From Pseudomonadota bacterium (GTDB taxonomy: Bacteria; Myxococcota_A; UBA9042), in contig SXRM01000036.1 of the NCBI GenBank assembly GCA_005792545.1, forward strand, positions 5,437-69,436: 64,000 bases of DNA, in the 5' to 3' direction. The notes below the pieces were generated by a model. It was not told where the DNA came from and did not search any database. It saw only the letters and a program-made list of their open reading frames with translations. The translations under genes were made by a program, and so were the position numbers. Positions 54,042 to 62,363 of the stretch are shown one piece after another. Positions within the stretch are counted from its first letter, which is position 1; every line of letters begins with the position of its first letter.

Positions 54042-55657
54042 TGGCCGCCTCCGACCCGCAAGACGCCACCGTGCCCGACGCGACCGCGGTCGACGGCCTG
54101 CCGATGCGCTATTGCCCGGTCTGCGGCACAGCCGTTGGCGCGCGCTTTTGCCCCACCGACGGTACGGCGACCGTGGTCCGACGCGCACTTGCGCCAGGCG
54201 ACCTCGAGTACCAGCCCGGCCGGGTTGTGGACGGCCGCTACCGCATCGGCCGTCGCTTGGGTCACGGCGGTTTTGGCGCGGTGTACTCCGCGACGCACAC
54301 GGGCACCGGTCAACCGGTTGCGCTCAAGGTGCTCAATGTCGCCCTTAGCGCCGACAACGCGCCGATCGTCCGGCGCTTCTGGCAAGAGGCCCAGGTTACC
54401 GCGCGGCTGCGCCACGCCAACACGGTGCGGGTGTTCGACGTCGGCCAGACCGAAGAAGGCGCCTTCTACCTGACCATGGAGTTGCTCGAGGGCCGGACCT
54501 TGCAGCAATACCTGGACGACCTGGGGCCACTGGACGAAGAGGCGGCGGTGCGGCTGGGCGTCGAGGTGCTCAAGAGCCTGCAAGAAGCGCACGCGGCAGG
54601 CCTCGTCCACCGCGATCTCAAGCCGGCGAACATCATGCTGTGCGCGGGCGACACGCCGGGGCAGCCGCAGGTCAAGGTCGTTGACTTCGGCATCGCGCGC
54701 ACGGTTGACTCGTCGCTGACCAAGACAGGCGCGGCGCTCGGCACGCCGGCGTACATGAGTCCCGAGCAGTGCCGCGGCTTGCCCGTCGACGGCCGCAGCG
54801 ACTTGTACGCGCTCGGCGCGCTGCTGTATCGCTGTGTCGCCGACCGGCCGCCGTTCGTGGACGAAAACCCTCTGACTGTGCTGTTTCAGCACGCAGACAC
54901 GCCTCCGCCCGACCTGATGACCGTTGCCCCGCAATGCCTGTCGCCCGAGTTTTGCGCGGTGGTGACGCGGGCGCTCGCCAAGGATCCCGGTGGCCGCTAC
55001 GCCGACGCCAAGGCCATGCGCGACGCGCTGGAGGCCCCGCGCAGTGCACTGTTGCCTTCGGTTGCGCCGACCCGCGCGGGTTCCAGCAGCAAGATCGCCG
55101 CGCCGACCGTGCTGCAGGCCCTGCCGGCAGTTGCGGGTCCTGCACCTGGCCCAGTGGCCAGCCTGCCAAGAGCCGCCGCCTTGCACGCGGAACCTGTGCG
55201 CAAGTTGCCTGCGTGGCTGGTGCCGGCGGCGACGCTGGGCGCAGTGGCGGTCGCATTAGCGGCCTGGCTGGCGACGCGCGGCGGACCCGAGCCGTCGGCT
55301 ACGACTACCGCAGCGCACACTCCGCAGCTCCAAGCTGCGCCTGCGCCAGAAGCGACGCCTGCGCCTGCTGCCGTCGCTCTGGTCGCGGCCCGGCCCGTCG
55401 TGGAACCTGCGCCCGCGGCTGCTGCTGCCCCTGTTGAGGCGACGCCTGCAGTGGCGAAACCCAAACCACTGCCATCGCCAGCCGCGGAAAAACCTGCAGC
55501 TGCGCCGCCAAAGGCTGCCATAACCATCAGGCCAACGCCCAAGGCCAAGCCCGTCGTCGAAGCCGCTGCCCCGGCGCCGCCACCGGCAAAGCCTGCAGTA
55601 TCTGAACCCGAAAAGCCCAAGCCCAAAGCGCACGACAAGCCGGTGGCCTTGGATTGA
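54041..55657 (+). CDS. Hanks-type Ser/Thr protein kinase, single-pass membrane, Pro/Ala/Lys-rich tail
   Basis: ATG 54041 overlaps the upstream stop. The N-terminal Cys segment is YCPVCG..x..FCPTDG. Kinase motifs are GHGGFGAVYSA, ALK, HRDLKPANIML, DFGIAR and GTPAYMSPEQ. The TM helix is WLVPAATLGAVAVALAAWLA. Confidence 0.9.
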   Translation: MAASDPQDATVPDATAVDGLPMRYCPVCGTAVGARFCPTDGTATVVRRALAPGDLEYQPGRVVDGRYRIGRRLGHGGFGAVYSATHTGTGQPVALKVLNVALSADNAPIVRRFWQEAQVTARLRHANTVRVFDVGQTEEGAFYLTMELLEGRTLQQYLDDLGPLDEEAAVRLGVEVLKSLQEAHAAGLVHRDLKPANIMLCAGDTPGQPQVKVVDFGIARTVDSSLTKTGAALGTPAYMSPEQCRGLPVDGRSDLYALGALLYRCVADRPPFVDENPLTVLFQHADTPPPDLMTVAPQCLSPEFCAVVTRALAKDPGGRYADAKAMRDALEAPRSALLPSVAPTRAGSSSKIAAPTVLQALPAVAGPAPGPVASLPRAAALHAEPVRKLPAWLVPAATLGAVAVALAAWLATRGGPEPSATTTAAHTPQLQAAPAPEATPAPAAVALVAARPVVEPAPAAAAAPVEATPAVAKPKPLPSPAAEKPAAAPPKAAITIRPTPKAKPVVEAAAPAPPPAKPAVSEPEKPKPKAHDKPVALD

Positions 55658-55670
55658 CAGATAGCGGCGT

Positions 55671-56486
55671 TCAGAACCGAGCGGCCAAGGTCAGCCCATT
55701 GCCGCCCGGCCACGGTGCCACAGCCACCTGCGCCTTGGGCGTAGTCGCCAGCAACACGCCCCCGATGACCCCTGCGACCGCGCCGCCAGCCACCAACGCC
55801 CAGCCCGTGTAGATGCGCCCGTTGATGGCGGCCTGTTCGCTGGCGGCCGTCGCGTGATCGATGCCGACGATGCCGCCGTCCTTGACCTGGGCCAGCTTGC
55901 CATCCAGCACCGACTGGTCGCCGGCCGCGCCGGCTAGCAGCACACCGCCGCCAATGGCGAGCCCGACCCCGCCAACCAGCAACACCACTGCGCCGGTGCT
56001 GCGGGCAGAGCTTGCGCCGGCAGCCGGTGGTTGGGGTTTGGGCACCGCGGGGTCAACGCGCGGCGCAGGCGGTGGCTTGGTGGTTGTCGGGGCCGTCGCT
56101 CTTGGCGTCGTCATTGCAGCCTTGCGGGCAGCGCGCACCTCCGCCAGGTGCGCACGCGCCTTCTCGAGTTCGACGTGGTCGGGCGGCGCCTCGTCGACGA
56201 ATTGCTGGTAGTCGCGCTCCGCCGCCTCCAGTTGGCCGGCCCGCTGTTCGGCTCGCGCGGCGTTGTACAGGTACAACAGCTCGCCGGGCCAGGTGCGAAA
56301 GGCCTGGGCGTAGAGCAGGGCGGCGCGGGCAAAATCGCCAGCCAGGTAGGCGTCCAGCGCGCGTTGCGACAGGCCCAGCGCCTCTTGTTGGCGCGCCGGC
56401 GGTTCGGCGCGGGCAGGCCGCGCAGGCAGCGACCAGGCCGTCAGCGCCAGCACCGTCAACCAAGCAGAAATCGGAGCAATTCGCAT
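55671..56486 (-). CDS. TPR-like / Pro-rich / two-TM protein ending in a beta-strand + Phe (paralog of 18344..19396)
   Basis: MRIAPISAWLTVLALTAWSLPARPARA is a signal peptide. A TPR-like segment and a Pro-rich linker are followed by two Gly-rich TM helices. The C-terminus is ...VAPWPGGNGLTLAARF. The gene is convergent with kinase 54041..55657 (13-nt gap). Confidence 0.7.
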   Translation of the reverse strand: MRIAPISAWLTVLALTAWSLPARPARAEPPARQQEALGLSQRALDAYLAGDFARAALLYAQAFRTWPGELLYLYNAARAEQRAGQLEAAERDYQQFVDEAPPDHVELEKARAHLAEVRAARKAAMTTPRATAPTTTKPPPAPRVDPAVPKPQPPAAGASSARSTGAVVLLVGGVGLAIGGGVLLAGAAGDQSVLDGKLAQVKDGGIVGIDHATAASEQAAINGRIYTGWALVAGGAVAGVIGGVLLATTPKAQVAVAPWPGGNGLTLAARF

Positions 56487-56625
56487 AGAAATCGCGTATT
56501 TTTAAGGGGTTTGGTCTTGGTGTCAAGCCTTCGCGACCTCATGAGCCCTCGCCCACCTTGACGCGCCCGACCCGCGAGGCGGACCATCCGCCGCCCCAGC
56601 GGCACTGCCCGCGCTTGAGTCACCG

Positions 56626-57846
56626 ATGCCCACTCGCGAATTCGACCTTGTCCTTTGCGGTGCCACCGGCTTTACCGGTGCCCTGGTCGCCCAATACCTC
56701 ACCCGCCACGAGAGCGTTGGTCGCGACCTGCGCTGGGCGTTGCACGGCCGCAATCGCGCCAAGCTTGAGGCGGTCCGCGCCGAACTGGCCGGCATCGACC
56801 CGGCCGCAGCGCAGCTGCCGTTGCTGGTCGGCGACGCCTTGGACCCGGCTGCGATGGCCGAACTCGCGCCGCGCGCCACCGCCATTGCGACCACTGTCGG
56901 CCCCTATGCGCGCTATGGGCGGCCACTGGCTGCCGCTTGCGCAAAGGCCGGCACCCATTACTGCGACCTGACCGGCGAAGCGCACTTCGTCCGCGACCTC
57001 ATCGACCAGCATCACGACACCTGCCGGGCGAGCGGCGCCAAATTGGTGCCCGCCTGTGGCTTTGACTCGATCCCGTCCGACATCGGGGCGTTGGTTGCCA
57101 TCGATCGCTTCGCGCAGGCCCACGGCCGGGCGCCGACCCGCGTCGACACCTACGTGCGCGTGGTCAAAGGCGGCTTCTCAGGCGGCACCATGGCGAGCCA
57201 GCTGTCGATCTCCGAGCTGTCTGCCGATCCCGCGGTGCGCAAGGTCTGGGCCGACCCGCGCAGCCTGTGCGCCGACCGCGGTGCGCCGCGCACCGACGAG
57301 GCGGACATCTTTCCGGTCGCAATCGACAAGCGCATCGACAAGTGGACTGGGACCTTTTTGATGGCCCCCTTCAACGGCAAGGTCGTGCGCCGCGGGCTGT
57401 CGCTGCGCTATCCGGATGCCGCAGGTCGGCCGCGCTACCGCGAGCAGATGGTGTTCGGCAGCTGGGCGCAAGGGCAGGCGTACACCACTGGCCTATGGAG
57501 CATGAACGCCTCGCTGTCGGTCGGCTGGTTCCGCCGCCTGGTGACGCCAATGCTGCCGCAGCCCGGCGAGGGCCCGGTCGAGGCGGCCCGCAAGGCCGGT
57601 CGGTTCGTGTTCCAGGTGGTGGCGTCGGACGGCGACGCGCAGGCCGAGGTGTGGGTGCGCGGCGACCAGGATCCGGGTTATGGCTCGACCAGCGGTATGT
57701 TGAGCGAGGCGGCGCTGTGCCTCGCCCGCAACGAGCACCCGTGCGAGGGTGGCGTACTGACACCAGCGACCGCGATGGGGCAGGCGCTGGTCAAGCGGCT
57801 GCCGCGCGCTGGGGTGACATTTGGCGAGCGTGGCGGGGGGCGTTGA
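56626..57846 (+). CDS. saccharopine dehydrogenase-family NAD(P)-binding oxidoreductase (trans-acting enoyl reductase-like)
   Basis: The N-terminal Rossmann motif is 'FDLVLCGATGFTGALVAQYL'. Length (~406 aa) and later motifs (ATTVGPYARYG, YCDLTGE, VPACGFDSIPSD) are typical. Confidence 0.85.
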   Translation: MPTREFDLVLCGATGFTGALVAQYLTRHESVGRDLRWALHGRNRAKLEAVRAELAGIDPAAAQLPLLVGDALDPAAMAELAPRATAIATTVGPYARYGRPLAAACAKAGTHYCDLTGEAHFVRDLIDQHHDTCRASGAKLVPACGFDSIPSDIGALVAIDRFAQAHGRAPTRVDTYVRVVKGGFSGGTMASQLSISELSADPAVRKVWADPRSLCADRGAPRTDEADIFPVAIDKRIDKWTGTFLMAPFNGKVVRRGLSLRYPDAAGRPRYREQMVFGSWAQGQAYTTGLWSMNASLSVGWFRRLVTPMLPQPGEGPVEAARKAGRFVFQVVASDGDAQAEVWVRGDQDPGYGSTSGMLSEAALCLARNEHPCEGGVLTPATAMGQALVKRLPRAGVTFGERGGGR

Positions 57847-57912
57847 CCGCGACGCCGTCCGCCCAATAGGCTGCCGTGCGGGCAGCGCTAAGCTGCCGTC
57901 CTGGATCTCGCC

Positions 57913-58605
57913 ATGCGCATCGTCGCCGCTGCCTTTGCCGCGTTTTCCTTCGCGCTCCTGACCCTGCCTGCCCACGCAGGCGAAACCGAAGTCCCCATCG
58001 ACCTCGGCTTCGGCCCCGCCGGCCACTGGTTCACCGGGCCGTTGGGCGACAACCAGCCGCTCCACTCCGGGCTCAAACTGTCGCTCGCCGCCGTGCTCGA
58101 CCGCCAGTTCATCCGCGACCACGCCGACCGCGTGCCGCCCAAGTACCGCGCGATGGCCGAGCGCATGGAAGAGGTGCGCTACCGACCCAGCATCTTCATC
58201 CCCGACAGCCTGTGGCTTGCGCCGCGGATCAAAGACGTTGGCGCGTATGGCGTGACCTGGCGGCCGATAGGGCTCGCCATCCCGTTGGCAAGGGGCGATT
58301 CACGGTTGGATCTCGGCGCCGGATTGCTGCTGACCGCTGCCTACCTGCACGGCAACGCGTCGGTGCTGCCCACCGGGTCGATGGTGTTCCTGCGGCCGGG
58401 GCTGGACCTCATGCTGCGCTGGGAAATCCCGGTGTTGCCTGATGCGTTCCTCGTCGCGGTCGGCTGGGCGTCGCAGTTGTATCTGCCGCAGAAGCTGGGT
58501 GGCGGCGTGTTGGAACCCGGCGCATTCGACCGCGGGTCCATCTGGCACGTAGGGCAGGTGTTTGTGAGCTTGCACTGGCGGATTCTGTATTCGGTGCAGC
58601 TGTAG
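57913..58605 (+). CDS. secreted protein, function unknown (possibly a small beta-barrel)
   Basis: MRIVAAAFAAFSFALLTLPAHA is a signal peptide. The body has alternating hydrophobic beta-like segments. I recognise no family. Confidence 0.6.
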   Translation: MRIVAAAFAAFSFALLTLPAHAGETEVPIDLGFGPAGHWFTGPLGDNQPLHSGLKLSLAAVLDRQFIRDHADRVPPKYRAMAERMEEVRYRPSIFIPDSLWLAPRIKDVGAYGVTWRPIGLAIPLARGDSRLDLGAGLLLTAAYLHGNASVLPTGSMVFLRPGLDLMLRWEIPVLPDAFLVAVGWASQLYLPQKLGGGVLEPGAFDRGSIWHVGQVFVSLHWRILYSVQL

Positions 58606-58619
58606 CCCTGGCGCACCGC

Positions 58620-60152
58620 TCAGGCTTTCCACCCCGCCAACCACCGCGACGCCAGCGCGTGCCCCACGCTCAAGATTGGCGTCATGGTGTGCGTCGAGCT
58701 CGTGCTCGGAAACACGCCGCCATCGCACACGTAGACACCGGGCGCGCCCCAGACCTGTCCGTCTGGCGCACAAACGCCCTGGTCCGCGCTGACTGCCACC
58801 CGCGTTCCCCCTTGCTGGTGCGCCGAAATCAAGCCGATGGTCGCCGGCGCAAACGACAAGTTCTCCACAAGCCCCAGGTCGCGCTCGCTTTTGACCACGA
58901 TGGGCGGCGCACTGGCCACCAGCACCTGCGTCGCCCCGGCTGCGAGGTAGCAGCGCATCGCCGTCCGCACGCCTTCGCGGGCTCGCGTCTTCCACTCGTC
59001 GGTCAGCGTGTACTCGATCTTCCGGCCGCCCGACCACGGGTGCACGATCTCACCCACCGGGTCGTCCGGCACCAGCACCAGACAGGCCGCCACCTGCGGC
59101 AGCGCCGCCATCGCTTCCTTGCCTGCTACGCCCGCCTGCGTCACCAGCGACCCAAGAATGCCCGGTGTGCCAAAGATGCCTTCGATGCGGTAGCCGTGCA
59201 GACCCTTGGCGTCGTCGTTACGCTCAAACGCCGTGACCGCGTAGCTCTGCGGAATGCCGTCGAACGCGTTGACGCGCTCTTTGAACTGCGCCACCACCGC
59301 GACTTGCGGCTGCAGCGACAGCCCGCGGCCCAGCCAGCCGTTGCCCAAGCTCGACGCGCGCAGGATCGACACCGTGCCGACCGGCCCCGCTGCCAGCACC
59401 ACGCGCTTGCAGTGGACCTGGAAGTTGCCGTTCTCTCGGTAGCCTTTGGGGTCGAGCGTTCGCACCAGCAGGGTCTTTTCGGCGCCTTTGCCGTTGACGA
59501 TTTGCAGCACCCGCGCCCGCACCAGCACCCGCGCCCCGGCCGTCATCGCCTTGGGAATCGCCACCATCCGCGGGTTGCGCTTGGCGCCTGCCGGACAGCC
59601 AATGAGACACGTGCCCAAGCCCAGGCACTGTACGCGGTTGTGGTGCATGACCTCGCCGGCAAAGCCCAAGGCCTTGGCACCCTCGCGCAGCAGCTGATTG
59701 TTGCGGTTGACCATGTTCTCGGGGATGGGCGACGCCTCCAGGTCTTGCAGCGCTTTGGCCACGAACGGCGCCATCGTCTCGGGTGACCAGTCCGCGAGCC
59801 CGTGGACCTTTTGCCAATAGCGCCAGGTCGCCTCGTGGACTGGCACCACGTCGCAGGCGTTGATGACCCCGCCGCCGCCGAGCACCCGCCCGGAGAGCAC
59901 GGCAATCGTGCGGTCGGCGTTGGTGCGCGAGCCGCGGTCCGCATACAGCTGGTCGTACATGGGCAGGTCGCGCTGCGTCAGGCGCTCAGGGCCGACGTAG
60001 TCGCCGCCTTCTTCCAGCACCAACACATCGCGCCCCGCTTCGGCGAGCACCCGGGCCACGGTAGCGCCGCCGCAGCCAGAGCCAACGACGGCGACCTCAC
60101 AGCGTAGGTCCTGGAGGGCCTGGCCTGGCATGCTGCAGTCGACAATTGCCAT
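58620..60152 (-). CDS. GMC-family FAD-dependent oxidoreductase
   Basis: 'VAVVGSGCGGATVARVLAEAGRDVLVLEEGG' is an FAD dinucleotide-binding motif. Length (510 aa) and the C-terminal 'GVYVCDGGVFPSTSSTHTMTPI' are typical of GMC enzymes. Confidence 0.9.
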   Translation of the reverse strand: MAIVDCSMPGQALQDLRCEVAVVGSGCGGATVARVLAEAGRDVLVLEEGGDYVGPERLTQRDLPMYDQLYADRGSRTNADRTIAVLSGRVLGGGGVINACDVVPVHEATWRYWQKVHGLADWSPETMAPFVAKALQDLEASPIPENMVNRNNQLLREGAKALGFAGEVMHHNRVQCLGLGTCLIGCPAGAKRNPRMVAIPKAMTAGARVLVRARVLQIVNGKGAEKTLLVRTLDPKGYRENGNFQVHCKRVVLAAGPVGTVSILRASSLGNGWLGRGLSLQPQVAVVAQFKERVNAFDGIPQSYAVTAFERNDDAKGLHGYRIEGIFGTPGILGSLVTQAGVAGKEAMAALPQVAACLVLVPDDPVGEIVHPWSGGRKIEYTLTDEWKTRAREGVRTAMRCYLAAGATQVLVASAPPIVVKSERDLGLVENLSFAPATIGLISAHQQGGTRVAVSADQGVCAPDGQVWGAPGVYVCDGGVFPSTSSTHTMTPILSVGHALASRWLAGWKA

Positions 60153-60155
60153 GGC

Positions 60156-60680
60156 TCAGCCTTTGCGCCGGGCCAACGACGGCCCGAGATAGCCAATGCT
60201 TGGCCACGCACCCGCCTGGTCGTAGACCGCCATGCCGACAAACCGCGCCAGCGACCACCAGATCTCGCGCCGCGTCGCCTGCGGGGCAACCGCCCATTGA
60301 TTCCAGTGGGCCAGCCGGCCGGCCTCATCCAGCGCGGAAAACGTGGTCCAGCGCCGCTCGAACAGCAGCGGCCCCAGGTCCACCAGATCCAAGGCCAGCC
60401 CTGCGTCGCGTTGGTCGGCCTCGGGCTGGTCAGCCAGGAACCCGTCGAACAGCCCGGCCACGTCGACGTCGGCAGCGCTCCAGGCAAACGGCCCACCCGG
60501 CGGAACGTGCGTCTGCGCCACCAGTTGCATGGTGCGGTGCTGGGCAGGCGACAACACTCGCAGGCCAGCCACCGCTGGTGCCGGCTCGCGCACTGCGACC
60601 AGACCCAATGCCGCCGCGCCGACCGCGCCACCGGTCAAGAGTCCCGCGCCCAGCAGCCGCCGACGGGTGAACAAGGCCAT
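60156..60680 (-). CDS. Tat-signal small subunit (gluconate 2-dehydrogenase subunit 3-like) partnering the GMC oxidoreductase
   Basis: ORF trimmed to ATG 60680. 'MALFTRRRLLGAGLLTGGAVGAAA' is a twin-arginine signal. The stop lies 3 nt before the GMC ATG, and the start lies 2 nt after the upstream stop. Confidence 0.7.
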   Translation of the reverse strand: MALFTRRRLLGAGLLTGGAVGAAALGLVAVREPAPAVAGLRVLSPAQHRTMQLVAQTHVPPGGPFAWSAADVDVAGLFDGFLADQPEADQRDAGLALDLVDLGPLLFERRWTTFSALDEAGRLAHWNQWAVAPQATRREIWWSLARFVGMAVYDQAGAWPSIGYLGPSLARRKG

Positions 60681-60682
60681 GC

Positions 60683-62026
60683 CTAGGCCTGCAGCTTCCA
60701 GCCGGTGTTGCTGGCGATCGCAGGCGTGGCAAAGGCACGCAGCAGGTCCTCGCCCGCGGCCGTGCGCTTTTCGAGCTCGACTTTGCGCGCAAGGAGCCGT
60801 TCGTCGCGTACCTTGCCGATTTCTTTGGCGGTCGCGATGCCCTTGTCCCACACCGCGGCCAGCGACACCCGCAGCTTGGTGCCGCGGTAGAACTGGCTGC
60901 CGTGCCGCCACAGCTGCCCGCCGTCGATTTCGAAGCCCAGTCCGGGCGCGGTCGGCAGGTCCAGCCAGCCCTTGTCGTGGTGCCAGGGCCTTTGCAGCAG
61001 ACCATCGCGGAACTCCGGGATCCAACCCGGCTCGCTCAGCGGGTATTCAAGCACGGTGTCGTCACGCCACGGCGAGGCCGCAAACAGCGCCAGGTTGATG
61101 GCAAAGCCGATGCCGTTGGTCCAGGTGTGCGGCGTGTAGCGCGCGCCGTGACGGGCGACGGCCTGCACGATGCGCCAGGTCTCGCTAATGCCACCGGCAA
61201 ACACTGCGTCCGGCTGGTACACGTCCAGGCAGCGCTTTTGCAGCATGACCTCGATCTCGGGCAAGCCGTGGTGGTTGAGTTCGGCGCCAGCGATCGGGAT
61301 GTCGACCTGCTGGCGCAGCTCGGCCATGCCGTCGTAGTCGTCGTTGGCCAGCGGCTCTTCCAGCCACTTGTAGCCCAACTCGCCCGCCCGCCGCGCGAAC
61401 GCCACCGCCCGCGGCACATCCCAGGTCGGCGCGTCGCCAACGACCGCCACCCGCCAGCCCTGGTTGGCGTCGATCCCCATCTTGAAGTCGCTGCCCATGG
61501 CCTGGGCGCACACCTCGATCTGTTCCAGGTCTTCGGCCAATGTAGGTTTGTGAACCCGCAGCTTGGCCGAGGTGAACCCCTCTGCGCGGCGCTTTTCCAG
61601 TTCAGCGACGCGGGACTTGCCGTCTTTGACGTCGCCCGTCGAGGCATAAAGCTGCACGCGGCCTGGCTTTCCGCCGAGCAGCTGCCACACCGGAACGCCG
61701 CGCGCGCGGCCGACCGCGTCCCAGCACGCGGCCTCCAGCCAGCCCAGGTGCCAGCCGAGGTAGCTCATTTCGCGCAGCCGCTGGCGAATCGACTCCAGGT
61801 CGTCGGCGCGCTCACCGAGCAGGTAGGGCCCAAGCAGCGACCCCATGCCCTGGCGCTCTTTGGCCATCGCCGGCCCTGCCGACCAGCCAGCGGCGCCGCA
61901 CGCAAGGCCAATCCGCACCAGCGTAAAGCGGTTCTCAGATTGCGGAAGGCCGGGGATCCAGCTCGGGTAGAACGGCGCCGGCAACGGCACCGAAACGTGC
62001 CACAGGGTCACGTCGTCGATTCGCAT
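60683..62026 (-). CDS. enolase-superfamily enzyme (mandelate racemase / muconate lactonizing family) with C-terminal extension
   Basis: ORF trimmed to ATG 62026 (GGAGG 5 nt upstream). 'MGIDANQGW', 'YKWLEEPL' and 'PIAGAE' match the metal-ligand motifs of the MR/MLE family. About 80 extra C-terminal residues are present. Confidence 0.85.
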   Translation of the reverse strand: MRIDDVTLWHVSVPLPAPFYPSWIPGLPQSENRFTLVRIGLACGAAGWSAGPAMAKERQGMGSLLGPYLLGERADDLESIRQRLREMSYLGWHLGWLEAACWDAVGRARGVPVWQLLGGKPGRVQLYASTGDVKDGKSRVAELEKRRAEGFTSAKLRVHKPTLAEDLEQIEVCAQAMGSDFKMGIDANQGWRVAVVGDAPTWDVPRAVAFARRAGELGYKWLEEPLANDDYDGMAELRQQVDIPIAGAELNHHGLPEIEVMLQKRCLDVYQPDAVFAGGISETWRIVQAVARHGARYTPHTWTNGIGFAINLALFAASPWRDDTVLEYPLSEPGWIPEFRDGLLQRPWHHDKGWLDLPTAPGLGFEIDGGQLWRHGSQFYRGTKLRVSLAAVWDKGIATAKEIGKVRDERLLARKVELEKRTAAGEDLLRAFATPAIASNTGWKLQA

Positions 62027-62270
62027 GGATCCTCCGCGTCGGGCCGCCCGCGGCAACGGTAGTCCCGGGTGCGGCGGGGGGTCAAGCGCGTTGTCGGCGC
62101 TGGGTGGCTTTGGCATTCTCGGGGGGCCGCGGGCTGGGCTACCGCGGGCCGACATGGCCCTGACCGGGTAGGGGCGGACCTCCGTGTCCGCCCGTTGGCA
62201 GCACCGAGGGGTTGTTCCGGCCGCCCAGCGGAGATCTCCCGGCGGCTAAAGCCGCGGGCTTACTCAACAA

Positions 62271-62290
62271 AGCCCCGCAAGCGCGGGGCT
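62271..62290 (-). terminator. GC-rich hairpin with minus-strand U-tail (AGCCCCGC-GCTT-GCGGGGCT-TTGTTG)
   Basis: An 8-bp perfect stem with a 4-nt loop. A T-rich tail is present only on the minus strand. The hairpin lies about 245 nt upstream of the enolase-family ATG, with no minus-strand gene upstream of it. Confidence 0.3.
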
Positions 62291-62363
62291 GGGTCCTGAG
62301 CTTGGGGCGGGGGCCTGGGACCGCGGACGTCCTCGTCCGCCTGCCGGGGACTGGAGAGGACCA

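Noticed and set aside
62156-62363. A tRNA, tmRNA, SRP RNA or RNase P RNA in the hairpin-rich spacer (and elsewhere).
   Set aside because: I found no GTTCGAATC-type T-loop, no acceptor or anticodon geometry, and none of the conserved SRP or RNase P boxes. I could not identify any tRNA or rRNA in the window by eye.
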